Below are positions 45,307 to 55,148 of a stretch of 64,000 nt of DNA, piece after piece. Below the pieces are notes generated by a model, which saw only the letters and a list, made by a program, of their open reading frames with translations, was not told the origin of the DNA and searched no databases. Source of the DNA: a virus. The position numbers were made by a program, and so were the translations under genes. The stretch covers positions 19,462 through 83,461 of the IMG/VR virus record IMGVR_UViG_3300036780_000171; one strand, written 5' to 3'. The number at the start of each line of letters is the position of its first letter. The first letter of the stretch is position 1.

Positions 45307-45515
45307 TGAAATACCCTACGAAAGCAAATATTGCACGGATTAAATACGTTGCTTATGGCGCGTACGGTTTTCAGATATCGACAAGCCGAGCTATTGATAT
45401 TTTCCATCTATGGTATCGAGATATGCCCGTAATTGTCGAAGACTGGCCGCCACGCTCAATCATGCGTAGAATAGCTAGAGATGAGTGCTGGAAAATCCTA
45501 CCCAAAATTACCTAG
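45306..45515 (+). CDS. Hypothetical protein
   Basis: 1-bp overlap. Confidence 0.5.
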   Translation: MKYPTKANIARIKYVAYGAYGFQISTSRAIDIFHLWYRDMPVIVEDWPPRSIMRRIARDECWKILPKIT

Positions 45516-45634
45516 GCCTAATAATACACAACCCATTAAAAAGGGGCGCTTGGCCGAAGCAATCATAATTATTTTATACGCATTGATAATTTATTTGTTT
45601 ATACACTACCGATAAAATGCGCTATAATGCCACT

Positions 45635-45817
45635 ATGATTATTGAGTATAAAATAGTATCGCACCACGACCACGAGGTAATTGCGACAGAAGTTAATAAT
45701 CTGCTCAAAGAGGGATGGGAATTACATGGTAGTATTGCCGCGGTCGGCGTCGTGTATGCTCAGTCAATGGTTCGCCGCGTGGCGAATTCGATGACAGAGT
45801 CCATGGTCAAGAAATGA
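45635..45817 (+). CDS. DUF1737-like small protein
   Basis: EYKIV..VNNLLKEGWELHGS..YAQSMV; leaderless start. Confidence 0.7.
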   Translation: MIIEYKIVSHHDHEVIATEVNNLLKEGWELHGSIAAVGVVYAQSMVRRVANSMTESMVKK

Positions 45818-46890
45818 GATGGGGCTTAGCAGGTGCCCGTGCTGATTCCTCGGGATTAGCCGTACAAACAAAATGTATTTATGACCAGCTTCATCCCGAT
45901 AAAACCATGGTCGTAGATATTAGTAGCTACAATAAAAGATTAAACCAGCAAGGCTATGATAACTATCCAGAAAAGTATAAGTATGGCGAAGTGATACATA
46001 GTGTTAACTTCCCGTCGGAAAAGCTCATAGATAGCTTCCTGGACGGCCTGGACATAATTTTTACAGTCGAGTCACCATATAGCTACTATCTATACACAGC
46101 CGCTCGTGAACGTGGCATTACAATAATTAACCAGCCAAATTATGAATTTATCGATTATTTTGTTTACCCTGACTGGCCAAAACCTGATATATTGCTTGCA
46201 CCAAGTATGTGGAACTATGATAAGTTGCTAGATAAAAAAGGCGGCTATTTTGATACCAGTATATGGGGAACAAAACTAAAATATTTACCTGTGCCGGTTG
46301 ACCGTATAGTTCTACCTTATTCACAACGGAATCAGGCTAAGACTTTTCTGCATATCGCTGGCCACGAAACCTATGAAGACCGCAATGGTACCAAAACCGT
46401 ATTACGAGCCATTCCTTTTGTTAAATCAGATGTGCAGTTTATTATTCGCAGCCAGCATTTTATCGACTATGGAACAAGCGACTATCGTGTGCATATCGAA
46501 AATCGGAATGTACCAAATTATTTTGAGAATTTTCTCGGTGAGGATGTACTGCTGCTACCCCGCAAATATGGCGGATTAAGTCTCCAGCTTGCCGAAGCCA
46601 TGAGTACCGGCATGATACCATTAATGTTAGATATCTCACCACAACGTGATTTTCTAATGAAAGAAACACTCATACCCGCTTATCATGAAAAAACTGTAGC
46701 TCCTCGCACGCCAATTGACGTATATACCTGTACTCCCGAACAACTAGCTGAGAAGATAGATTGGCTCGCTAATCAACCATCCCAAGAGATAAAAAAAATG
46801 TCGGAATTTAGCAACGAGTATGCCGACAGCATTGGTTGGGATACTTTACTGCCATCTTATACTGAACTTTTAGAAAAAGCTATTTTATAA
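45814..46890 (+). CDS. GT4-like glycosyltransferase
   Basis: DVLLLPRKYGGLSLQLAEAMSTG motif. Confidence 0.85.
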   Translation: MRWGLAGARADSSGLAVQTKCIYDQLHPDKTMVVDISSYNKRLNQQGYDNYPEKYKYGEVIHSVNFPSEKLIDSFLDGLDIIFTVESPYSYYLYTAARERGITIINQPNYEFIDYFVYPDWPKPDILLAPSMWNYDKLLDKKGGYFDTSIWGTKLKYLPVPVDRIVLPYSQRNQAKTFLHIAGHETYEDRNGTKTVLRAIPFVKSDVQFIIRSQHFIDYGTSDYRVHIENRNVPNYFENFLGEDVLLLPRKYGGLSLQLAEAMSTGMIPLMLDISPQRDFLMKETLIPAYHEKTVAPRTPIDVYTCTPEQLAEKIDWLANQPSQEIKKMSEFSNEYADSIGWDTLLPSYTELLEKAIL

Positions 46891-46902
46891 TATAATACCT
46901 AT

Positions 46903-47373
46903 ATGGTAAAATATATAAAACTTAATAGAAATAGTCAGGCAAAAGTAGACGACAAAAACTATGAGTGGTTGAATCAATGGGAATGGAAACTTGATGGCCA
47001 AGGATATGCAGTTCGTTTAGTGTGGCAAAATAATACTTGCGTTAGAATTGCTATGCATAGGATAATAAACCATACCCAAAAAGGTATGGTTACAGATCAT
47101 ATTAATCACGACAGACTAGATAACCGTGAAGATAACCTAAGGTCATGCACGTGGCAACAAAACTGCCAACATAGAGCAATATCAAAAGTAAATAAGTCTG
47201 GTATTAAAGGAGTTTACTGGAATAAAAATTTAAAGAAATGGCATGCTCGCATTGGCACAACTATCGAAGGAGTATATAAACAGAAGCACCTAGGTTTTTT
47301 TAGTAGTAAAAACTTGGCCGCTAAGGCTTATAAAGAAGCTGCCGAAATATACTATGGTGAGTTTGCATGTTAG
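46903..47373 (+). CDS. HNH homing endonuclease with AP2 domain
   Basis: MHRII..TDHINHDRLDNREDNLR..SGIKGV..AAKAY..YGEFA. Confidence 0.9.
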   Translation: MVKYIKLNRNSQAKVDDKNYEWLNQWEWKLDGQGYAVRLVWQNNTCVRIAMHRIINHTQKGMVTDHINHDRLDNREDNLRSCTWQQNCQHRAISKVNKSGIKGVYWNKNLKKWHARIGTTIEGVYKQKHLGFFSSKNLAAKAYKEAAEIYYGEFAC

Positions 47374-48212
47374 AACACATTAGAACCCCAGCCATAACAC
47401 CAAAATACTCACTTTTTATACCGTTCACACGCGAGTGGGTCTTGGACGAATTCTTACCGATGCTCGACTCGCTAGCAATACCTACCGAAGATACCGAAGC
47501 AGTTTTCTACAATGATACCAACGATTTATATTTACAAAGTCGGCTACGTTGGTATCTTGAGCAAAGCAGATTTGCTGGCGCAAAACTATATATGTCAAGA
47601 AACCAAGCGCCACCAGAAATTGGCGCTTCGACTATTAGGCGTGACCGCATTGTCGCCATGAAAAATAAAAGCCGTGAGTTACTCGATAACACAAAGTATG
47701 TTATTGGCCTTGAAGATGATACATTTCCGGTCTATAGCAACACAATTGTAAAGCTTATCGAGCATATTGAAGCTAAAGGTAATGAAAATGTCGGTTTTAT
47801 TAGCGGTATCGAACGTGGACGCTGGGGCTATGCTATCCTTGGAGCTTGGCAGGTCAATAATGTCCACGAACCAACCCATGCTAAGACAATGGCTTACAGG
47901 GAACAGGGAATGACTTCTGTTGATGCCGCTGGCTGGTACTGCTATATTACGCCGACAAGTCTGTATAAAGCCGCTGAGTACCATGTCGAAGGCGAATGCC
48001 TCGGCCCTGACGTCACGTATGGCCTTGACGTGCGACGACGTGGATTTAAGTGCCTCGTCGACTGGTCGCTGGTTTGCGGTCATAAGCTCAGAACCTATAG
48101 TTTGTTTCCTGGAAAAGATTGCATGGTGGTAGAATGGGAAAAGAAGGATAATACGTGGAATATCATACATGAGAATCTTGCACAAACCAGTAACAACCAC
48201 GAAGGCTGGTAA
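47367..48212 (+). CDS. GT-A/GT2-like glycosyltransferase
   Basis: LEDDT, VDAAGWYC, LGPDV motifs. Confidence 0.7.
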   Translation: MLEHIRTPAITPKYSLFIPFTREWVLDEFLPMLDSLAIPTEDTEAVFYNDTNDLYLQSRLRWYLEQSRFAGAKLYMSRNQAPPEIGASTIRRDRIVAMKNKSRELLDNTKYVIGLEDDTFPVYSNTIVKLIEHIEAKGNENVGFISGIERGRWGYAILGAWQVNNVHEPTHAKTMAYREQGMTSVDAAGWYCYITPTSLYKAAEYHVEGECLGPDVTYGLDVRRRGFKCLVDWSLVCGHKLRTYSLFPGKDCMVVEWEKKDNTWNIIHENLAQTSNNHEGW

Positions 48213-48627
48213 GAAATCATTTAATGACCGTTTTGTCGATATAGCCGATAAGGTTAGTTATGCCATTGGTACGCCAGTAAATATTGGCTTCTGGATTTTT
48301 GCGGTTGTTCTATGGATAGCACTTGGACCTTACTTTGCCAGTCATAGCTTTCTACCAAGCTGGTTTACTTCAAACGGATTTAACTTCCCGTTAAACACCG
48401 TTACCACGCTTGCCGAACTATATATCGGGTTTCTGGTGGCCGCAGCCACAAATCGCGCGCAAAAAGCTCTAACGCAGCTTTTTGACCATATGATGAAGTC
48501 GTTAGAAAATGACGAAATCGTGCAGGAAAACTTAACCAAGCTAATCCAAGACAACACTATTCTGACGCAGCAGGTACACGATTTAACCAACGAAATCCAT
48601 GAACATGTAGTCGGCAACCCTAAATAA
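48169..48627 (+). CDS. DUF1003-like membrane protein
   Basis: IADKVSYAIGT..F..WI; two TM segments; NR. Confidence 0.65.
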   Translation: MRILHKPVTTTKAGKKSFNDRFVDIADKVSYAIGTPVNIGFWIFAVVLWIALGPYFASHSFLPSWFTSNGFNFPLNTVTTLAELYIGFLVAAATNRAQKALTQLFDHMMKSLENDEIVQENLTKLIQDNTILTQQVHDLTNEIHEHVVGNPK

Positions 48628-48645
48628 GCATAAAAATCATTAAAC

Positions 48646-48687
48646 TGTGGATAACCCCTTGAATTAGTTTTTGCGGTGGTGTATATT
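48646..48687 (+). promoter_or_regulatory. Promoter with upstream DnaA box
   Basis: TGTGGATAA-4-TTGAAT-17-TATATT. Confidence 0.75.
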
Positions 48688-48998
48688 ATAATTATGGTTG
48701 TGAAATAAAAAGCACAACCGGCACAATGACAAAGGGGAAATAGCAGCCATAAAATACGCCAAATAGAGTGCGGGCGCTTTCCCCCAAGTCATGGAAGACC
48801 AAAGAGCTTAACCGACGAGCAAGCTTTATCGGCGAGACTTGAGGCAATTTGAACATTAAAAATCTAGATACATGTAGGCACGCTACGGTCAGCGAGAAAG
48901 CAGGAAAATATGCAGAAAAAGCAAAGCGTAAATTCACTTCCCGTGTCACTTGTCAAAGAATATGTTGGCAAAGGATACACAATTAAGTTGGCCTAAAT

Positions 48999-49190
48999 AT
49001 GAAATATATTTGGATTAAGCTTACTGACCAGCAGCATTGGGAACTAAAAACACTTGTAACTAACAAAATTGTTAGGCTACAAGAACAGCTACTCAAGAAA
49101 GAAGCTAAAGTTTGGAGAGATGAAATAGCTTTCCAAAAACGATTACTGGCCACACTATCCAAGGGTAAAATACCAACGGATAAGAGTTAG
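48999..49190 (+). CDS. Hypothetical protein
   Basis: ORF in the + strand unit. Confidence 0.55.
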   Translation: MKYIWIKLTDQQHWELKTLVTNKIVRLQEQLLKKEAKVWRDEIAFQKRLLATLSKGKIPTDKS

Positions 49191-49719
49191 TTAAACTATA
49201 GATAACTAAACTAATACCGCTGACCGTAGCGTGCCTACAATTTGACCAGATAAAGAGTTTTGAAGATAAATTCTTGCCTTTGAGACTGCCTGGTCAAAAG
49301 AAATACTTGCATTTTTAATTGCGGTAGTGTATAATATAATTGTAAGGTCAAAAAATAAATACCCTATAAAGGAATTACCAAAATGAAAAAATGCACAAAA
49401 TGTCACCGATATATTCGAAAACAAAAATCACTAATTCTACGGTTAAGCTTTGATACATATGCGTTGCTGACAATACTCGCATGGGTAATTGGCACGGGTA
49501 TCTACGAGGTCACCATAAAATAAAATGACATTTCACGATATAGGCATCATTTAACGAAAGAGGGGCTTATGGATAAAAAACGGTTAATTAAGAACCTTGC
49601 GACAAAAACTAAGCAGGTTGAAACTGAACTCGAAGAAATCTATATACTTGTTGGCGAAAAGCTTAATGACTTAAAGCAATTTAATCTGACTATGGCTTCT
49701 CTCGCAGAGAAAGAAATGG

Positions 49720-49932
49720 ATGAGTGAAATGAACTTACAATTAAAGCTTAAACAACTATTCTGTAAACATGAAGAATGGGGCAGCCTTTTTAGAATCACA
49801 GAAGGTACGTTTCATGACTGGCATGTTTACTATAACCGGCGATGCGCCAAGTGCGGCAAGTCCTTGCCAGACCAGACCCGGGTCGGAGAATCACGTGATA
49901 CACTATTCGGGTCAGTGCTTGGCAACAAGTAG
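49720..49932 (+). CDS. Small zinc-binding hypothetical protein
   Basis: LFCKHE..RCAKCGK. Confidence 0.6.
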   Translation: MSEMNLQLKLKQLFCKHEEWGSLFRITEGTFHDWHVYYNRRCAKCGKSLPDQTRVGESRDTLFGSVLGNK

Positions 49933-50214
49933 TCTGATAGCAGGGGTAGTTAGCGTCACTGGAGAGCGGCTTTTGTCGACTAAAGATTGTGCGCGTATCT
50001 AAAGGGTATACACTTTTGGTACGAAATACGTTCTCACCCTGCGCCTAGGCTATTTGCTTATGTTCCTAATCGGCATATACTAGATATCTTAAGGGAGATA
50101 TGCGGCTTGCCCGCTCACTTTGAAGCAGACCAAACGCAAGGTAACAAAAACCAAGGCTATAGACTTCAAGTTATACTACGAATACATGGAACATGAAAAA
50201 GTGTTCTTTAAGCA

Positions 50215-50248
50215 CTAAAATAACCCCCGAAAATGAGGGTTATTTTAG
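50215..50248. terminator. Bidirectional terminator between the + unit and the late - unit
   Basis: CTAAAATAACCC/GGGTTATTTTAG. Confidence 0.8.
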
Positions 50249-50268
50249 ACTCGTTGTCATTGAATAGC

Positions 50269-50550
50269 CTATTGTGTTGGCTGGTCGGCTGATTGTTCAC
50301 CGGCTGCTGGTTCAGCAGTAGCCTCTTCACTGCCTGCAGAGCTATCGGCTGGCGTAGCAGACTGATCTTCACTTGTCGTGTCGCTGGCATTATCAGCTGG
50401 TGGCGCGACAGTATAACCAAGATTCACAAGGCAAGCAACAACTGCATCAAGCACTTGGTCGCCCACGCTGGCCTTCTGGTTACTTAATACTTCGGCAGCT
50501 TGCTGTAATACGGCGACTGCTTCATTCACCTTAGAGACTGCATCTTGCAT
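50269..50550 (-). CDS. Hypothetical protein with acidic tail (lysis region)
   Basis: AGGAAGGA RBS before MQDAV. Confidence 0.6.
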   Translation of the reverse strand: MQDAVSKVNEAVAVLQQAAEVLSNQKASVGDQVLDAVVACLVNLGYTVAPPADNASDTTSEDQSATPADSSAGSEEATAEPAAGEQSADQPTQ

Positions 50551-50594
50551 GGTTTTATCCTTCCTTTCTTCTATGATTTTAACATGAATCTTTT

Positions 50595-50885
50595 TCATTG
50601 TACTAAAGGAGGCTTTGGTTTGCTAGTATCCGGTTGCATAACGACGGTTGTACTGGTTGTTGGGTTCGGGTTGGCAGCAGCGGGCTGCACTGTCTGGCTA
50701 GTTTGGTAGGATGTTTCAAGCTTGACCGCAAAGTTCCACACGGCCGAAATACCTGCGGCGGCGGCGCTTAGCACCGCATCCTTGCCAAAGCTAAAGTTAG
50801 TAGCTGCCCACAGTGGTACAGCGGCTTCGACAAACGTTTTAGCAGCCTTAACCACTATATCACCGACGTGTTGCTTTATTGTCAT
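50595..50885 (-). CDS. Putative holin
   Basis: KAAKTFVEAA..AAAAGISAVWN; directly after the endolysin. Confidence 0.7.
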   Translation of the reverse strand: MTIKQHVGDIVVKAAKTFVEAAVPLWAATNFSFGKDAVLSAAAAGISAVWNFAVKLETSYQTSQTVQPAAANPNPTTSTTVVMQPDTSKPKPPLVQ

Positions 50886-50893
50886 TTTAACTC

Positions 50894-51508
50894 CTATCGT
50901 ACCCTTACCCGTTCACCAACGTAGATAAGGTTAATATTAGTAATGGTTGGATTTAGCTTCTCAAAGATTGCGAGCGTAAGGCCGTATTCTTTTTTGAACT
51001 TAGCACAAATGCCCGTAACCGTATCACCTCTCACCACATTGTAATACTCTGGTTGTACGACTGGTGTTGCACTTGACTTGAGCCGTAGGAAACCAAAGAC
51101 ATCGGTGTAGGTATGCTGCACATCATGAGCGGCCGGATAGCCATTTGAAGCCCTTACTCCGCCCCAGTTTGAATCAAAGCCGGTATAGCCCGAAGAAGTC
51201 ACGTTTGCCACTACAATGTCGATATGGCCGGCAAGTGGCGAATTAATTAGGTTCGAAGCTCCATACACTGCTATATCACCGACTTTCGGCAGCGCCGGCC
51301 GGGCAATCTTATCGAAGTGAGATTGAAGCACGCTATTGCTAAATTCAGTCCACCAGTCAACAGCATAAGGCGCGTACAATACCGGCGCATTCAGAACCTG
51401 TTTACAATATTCAGCAACGAGCTGTACACACTGGCCGGTGTCGCTAGGGATACCATCAAAGTCAATTGCTTTACCTTGATAAGTCTGAATAAATTGCGCT
51501 AAGGTCAT
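50894..51508 (-). CDS. Endolysin, CHAP amidase plus LysM
   Basis: DFDG..GQCVQL, GDIAV, GHIDIV, DSNW; YNVVRGDT..LNP.I.N.NLIYVGE. Confidence 0.92.
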   Translation of the reverse strand: MTLAQFIQTYQGKAIDFDGIPSDTGQCVQLVAEYCKQVLNAPVLYAPYAVDWWTEFSNSVLQSHFDKIARPALPKVGDIAVYGASNLINSPLAGHIDIVVANVTSSGYTGFDSNWGGVRASNGYPAAHDVQHTYTDVFGFLRLKSSATPVVQPEYYNVVRGDTVTGICAKFKKEYGLTLAIFEKLNPTITNINLIYVGERVRVR

Positions 51509-51560
51509 TTGTAAGCCTCTTTATAGTTCCATTATACCGCGTAATTAGCAATACACAAGC

Positions 51561-52025
51561 TTATTTTTTTAGCGTAAATGACTGTGAATGGAACGTAATG
51601 GTCGTTGTTTTCAAAGGGTTTATCTTATACGTCACGGTAAACATAAAATAGTAGGTAGTATCGTTAGCGATATATGGTGGCAGAGCAATTGGTGCTTCGG
51701 TTTTTAGGCAACCTTTGGCCTGCGATTCTATCGGCCAAGGAAGCTTAATTATAGCGCTTGGGCTTACCAATTGAGCGTTGACAGTGCCTTTTATATTGCT
51801 ACTTTTACAGTAATCGAATGTAACCAGCTCGTAAAGTCCTGTTGTATTAGTTACTGGCCGTACGGGCAGTGGATTTTCCCTTATCTGCAGTATATTTGTA
51901 CTCTGCGTGTTCCAGTAAAGCAACATACCGCCGGTAACAATTAGTCCTACTACGACTAGATAGGCTAGATACTCGAAGATTCTCTGCATAACGAGTTTGT
52001 TACGTGGCTGTTTTTCTTCATCCAT
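51561..52025 (-). CDS. Membrane-anchored protein
   Basis: One N-terminal TM segment and a beta-rich extracellular domain. Confidence 0.65.
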   Translation of the reverse strand: MDEEKQPRNKLVMQRIFEYLAYLVVVGLIVTGGMLLYWNTQSTNILQIRENPLPVRPVTNTTGLYELVTFDYCKSSNIKGTVNAQLVSPSAIIKLPWPIESQAKGCLKTEAPIALPPYIANDTTYYFMFTVTYKINPLKTTTITFHSQSFTLKK

Positions 52026-52309
52026 TACTGATGACCCCCATGTAATCCAATGGCATACAAAATACTGGCAATGACAATGATGCCCATGGCAGCAATTAGG
52101 CCGTATACAATACGCCTGACAGGGTCAAACTGAGCTTGGGAAACATAGGAATTTTTAATTGGTTCAAATTCTGCTCGTGGCACATACTGCGAAGTCACGG
52201 TATTGGTAAGTTTGTCGACTGAGTCACGCAAATACTTTACATCCTGGCCAATTAGAGCCAACTTAACGTTGTCTGACTGTGGCTGTTCGTTAGTGGCTGA
52301 ATTATCCAT
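52025..52309 (-). CDS. Coiled-coil plus C-terminal TM protein (holin/XhlA-like)
   Basis: YVPRAEFEP/YVSQAQFDP repeats then a TM segment. Confidence 0.6.
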   Translation of the reverse strand: MDNSATNEQPQSDNVKLALIGQDVKYLRDSVDKLTNTVTSQYVPRAEFEPIKNSYVSQAQFDPVRRIVYGLIAAMGIIVIASILYAIGLHGGHQ

Positions 52310-52361
52310 ATGGCAACTAGTATGCCGCAGCAATGCACACCACGTCAATAAAAAATACCAC

Positions 52362-55148
52362 TTAAGTTATGCTGACCTGGGTTGGCGATGTTGGGTTATT
52401 GCTGGTCTGCACCTGTTGCACCGCATCTTGTGCGTCGTTCAGAGCGTTATTAATTTTTGGCGGCACGGTTGAAGCACTAAGGTTAACCGAGTATCCATTG
52501 TAATCAACTTCACTAATTTGCAGATTCACCGCGCCGCTCATGCCTTGTATGAAGAACACGTCGCCAGGCTTGATGCTCTCGATATTGTAGCCATCGTTTG
52601 GCTGGGCAAGCACCGTCACTGGTGCACGCGAGGTCGGCAGCTTGGATTGCGTAATAATTTTGGTAGCTACCTGTAGCGCCGCCGCTGATGTAATAATATT
52701 GCTGTCACTATAAACCTGTACGCGTTTGCCATAGCGCGAAATACTGGCAGTATTAAAGTAGTTATAGAATAAGTTTTTGGCACCGCTCGAAGTCGGGCCA
52801 CCAACCACCAGCACATCGTTAACCACCGTTTCCATAGTCTTCTGCAGCTGGATACTTGTTATATCCTTGCCGATAGTAAAGTAATGCTTGGGCGTGGTTT
52901 GCATGGCATGGAAATGCAGATAGTTCGTGGCCATGTCCACATACCAGTACCAGCCTGCTGGCGCAAAGTCGTTACATACCTGGATGGCTTCCAAAACCGT
53001 GTTGGTCTGGAACGTATAAGTCATGGTCGTGCCAGGGTCGTCAATGGTTGTCGGAATACCATTGTCATCAAGCGGAATTATAATATTGCCACCCTGGATA
53101 TTGTAGTTGCTGATAAGGTCTTGTAATACCGTCTGGATGTCTTCGGCAGTGTAGGTAACTGTAGTGTTGCCAACACTTGAGTAGGTCGTTAGATCGGTAA
53201 TATCGAGGGTAGTATGTTGTGTCCAAGTCGAGCCGCTATAGGTTGCCAGGTTACCGCCGGAATAAGTGTTGGTGTTTGAGTATGGCATGTAAGCACTGGC
53301 ACCAGCTTTAGCTACAACCACCACCCAATACTTCGAACTGGCAGTTACCGTAATATTTGGCGAGAAATTAATATAGGTATCGCCATCGTCACCAATATTA
53401 CCAGGGTAGGCAAATTCAATATGGTAGAGTGCGGTCGTATTATCCGGCGTATTACTGCCATTATCCTTGTAAATATAGAGGTCGACCCCTGGGCCAGTCC
53501 ATGAAAACGGCACTGACATGCTTGAAAGGTTGGTTATACCACTGCCGGTTGTCCAACTCTGCGCGATGCGCGCATACGGGCCATAGTCACCGTTATACTT
53601 GAGTGGAATAGTTACATCTGCCGTTGGGTCAGCAATGGCTAAGTACTGGCTAAACTCCGCGCCATAGCTCAATACAATAATATCCAAGTACTCGTTATCC
53701 GGCTCAATGTTTGGTGTATAGCTGCTTAAGTAGCCTAACATTATTATCTGCCCATTCGGGTAGTCTTCCGTAAAGGCTTTTACGACAATATGGTTGTTAT
53801 AGTCGACCAAGGTGCCTTCGCCAAAATTCGTGGGGTCAACGCCGCGCCGGATAGTTAGTTGGCCGCCAGGGTTATTCACTTGCTGCGGGAATTGCGGGTC
53901 GGTAATAACATCGGCATACTGACCCACAAAAGTTGGCACTTGCGTATGCAAGGCTTGGGGTGTGTACACGTCGTAGGTAAAGTATCTTTGGAAGTTTTTT
54001 ATAAATGTAATATTTGAGTTATCGCCTAAGTCTAGGCTGCGGTAGGCAATGACCGGCGAACCCTCGATATTAATATCACGGGCTGACCACCAACTGACCA
54101 TTAAAGTAGCGCTGCCGATATTTATGCTGGCCTGTGAGCCAACGATACTTGACACCAGACTAATATTTGAATAGTTCAGACCGTTTGGTGTGTTGGCAAA
54201 CGCTGTAATGGTTTGCGTCGTACCACTCGTGAATATCCATGATGTGCCAGCATCGAGCGCCCAAGTAGAAATTGTATTGCTGCCGGTAATAATATTGGCG
54301 GTACCACTATTTGCCTCAAACTCAAAGAGCGTATTATTGCCGGTGATAGTAAGATGACCGAAGTTATTATATATATATGGCCATGTTAGGCCACCACCGT
54401 TAAATGTGGTGGCAGGCGAAGTAATAGCAGCATTACTAGTGGTATCAAAAGTAAACTTTGACCCCGCACCGCTATTAAGCACAGTCAGACCAGTTATTAC
54501 TGAAATATCCAGCAGTTTGCTAATGAACATGTTGGTACCGCTGCTAAAGTCAACTGTCCGTGTGTTTGTAGAGTTGCTAACAGTAAATGTGTCAACGTAT
54601 ACAGCAGATACTTCAAGCTCATGGGGACCAAAATCGTTGTAAGGCATCGTAACGGTACCTTGTAGAACATCGAAATAGTTGACCGTGGTAAAAGTTGCAT
54701 CCCATGAACCACCACCAGCTGACTGGCCATTACTTATAGTGAAAGTTGCACCACTACCATTAAACCCAAGGTATGGAAGATAGCTTCTACAGAACTGTGT
54801 GTACACACTAGTCGCAGTCATAATACAACCGCCCAAACCAGAAGTAGTATTCATGAAACCTACTTCGCCGCCAAAAAAGATATTACCCGCCACTGATATT
54901 TGGTAGTTATTGCTATCCCATTTCAGATACATGGTTTTAGTAGTATCAAAAACCGCCGCACCCATAGTAAGGCTGCCAAGCGTTGCAGCCGCGTTAATGG
55001 TAATTGTCGGGCTGCCTGAACTACTGTTTACAATTGCCGCATCGCTTGCGCCAGGAACCGAAGCGCCGCCGGTACCACCGCTGGTGGTCGACCAGTGCGA
55101 GGTATCATTCCAGTTTCCAGAACCGCCGCGCCAGTAACGATTTGCCAT
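52362..55148 (-). CDS. Tail tip/baseplate hub protein with N-terminal beta-helix-like receptor domain
   Basis: Follows Dit; C-terminal hub-like NDVLVVGG..SISRYGKR..IKPGD; N-terminal RYWRGGSGNWND..HW. Confidence 0.75.
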   Translation of the reverse strand: MANRYWRGGSGNWNDTSHWSTTSGGTGGASVPGASDAAIVNSSSGSPTITINAAATLGSLTMGAAVFDTTKTMYLKWDSNNYQISVAGNIFFGGEVGFMNTTSGLGGCIMTATSVYTQFCRSYLPYLGFNGSGATFTISNGQSAGGGSWDATFTTVNYFDVLQGTVTMPYNDFGPHELEVSAVYVDTFTVSNSTNTRTVDFSSGTNMFISKLLDISVITGLTVLNSGAGSKFTFDTTSNAAITSPATTFNGGGLTWPYIYNNFGHLTITGNNTLFEFEANSGTANIITGSNTISTWALDAGTSWIFTSGTTQTITAFANTPNGLNYSNISLVSSIVGSQASINIGSATLMVSWWSARDINIEGSPVIAYRSLDLGDNSNITFIKNFQRYFTYDVYTPQALHTQVPTFVGQYADVITDPQFPQQVNNPGGQLTIRRGVDPTNFGEGTLVDYNNHIVVKAFTEDYPNGQIIMLGYLSSYTPNIEPDNEYLDIIVLSYGAEFSQYLAIADPTADVTIPLKYNGDYGPYARIAQSWTTGSGITNLSSMSVPFSWTGPGVDLYIYKDNGSNTPDNTTALYHIEFAYPGNIGDDGDTYINFSPNITVTASSKYWVVVVAKAGASAYMPYSNTNTYSGGNLATYSGSTWTQHTTLDITDLTTYSSVGNTTVTYTAEDIQTVLQDLISNYNIQGGNIIIPLDDNGIPTTIDDPGTTMTYTFQTNTVLEAIQVCNDFAPAGWYWYVDMATNYLHFHAMQTTPKHYFTIGKDITSIQLQKTMETVVNDVLVVGGPTSSGAKNLFYNYFNTASISRYGKRVQVYSDSNIITSAAALQVATKIITQSKLPTSRAPVTVLAQPNDGYNIESIKPGDVFFIQGMSGAVNLQISEVDYNGYSVNLSASTVPPKINNALNDAQDAVQQVQTSNNPTSPTQVSIT

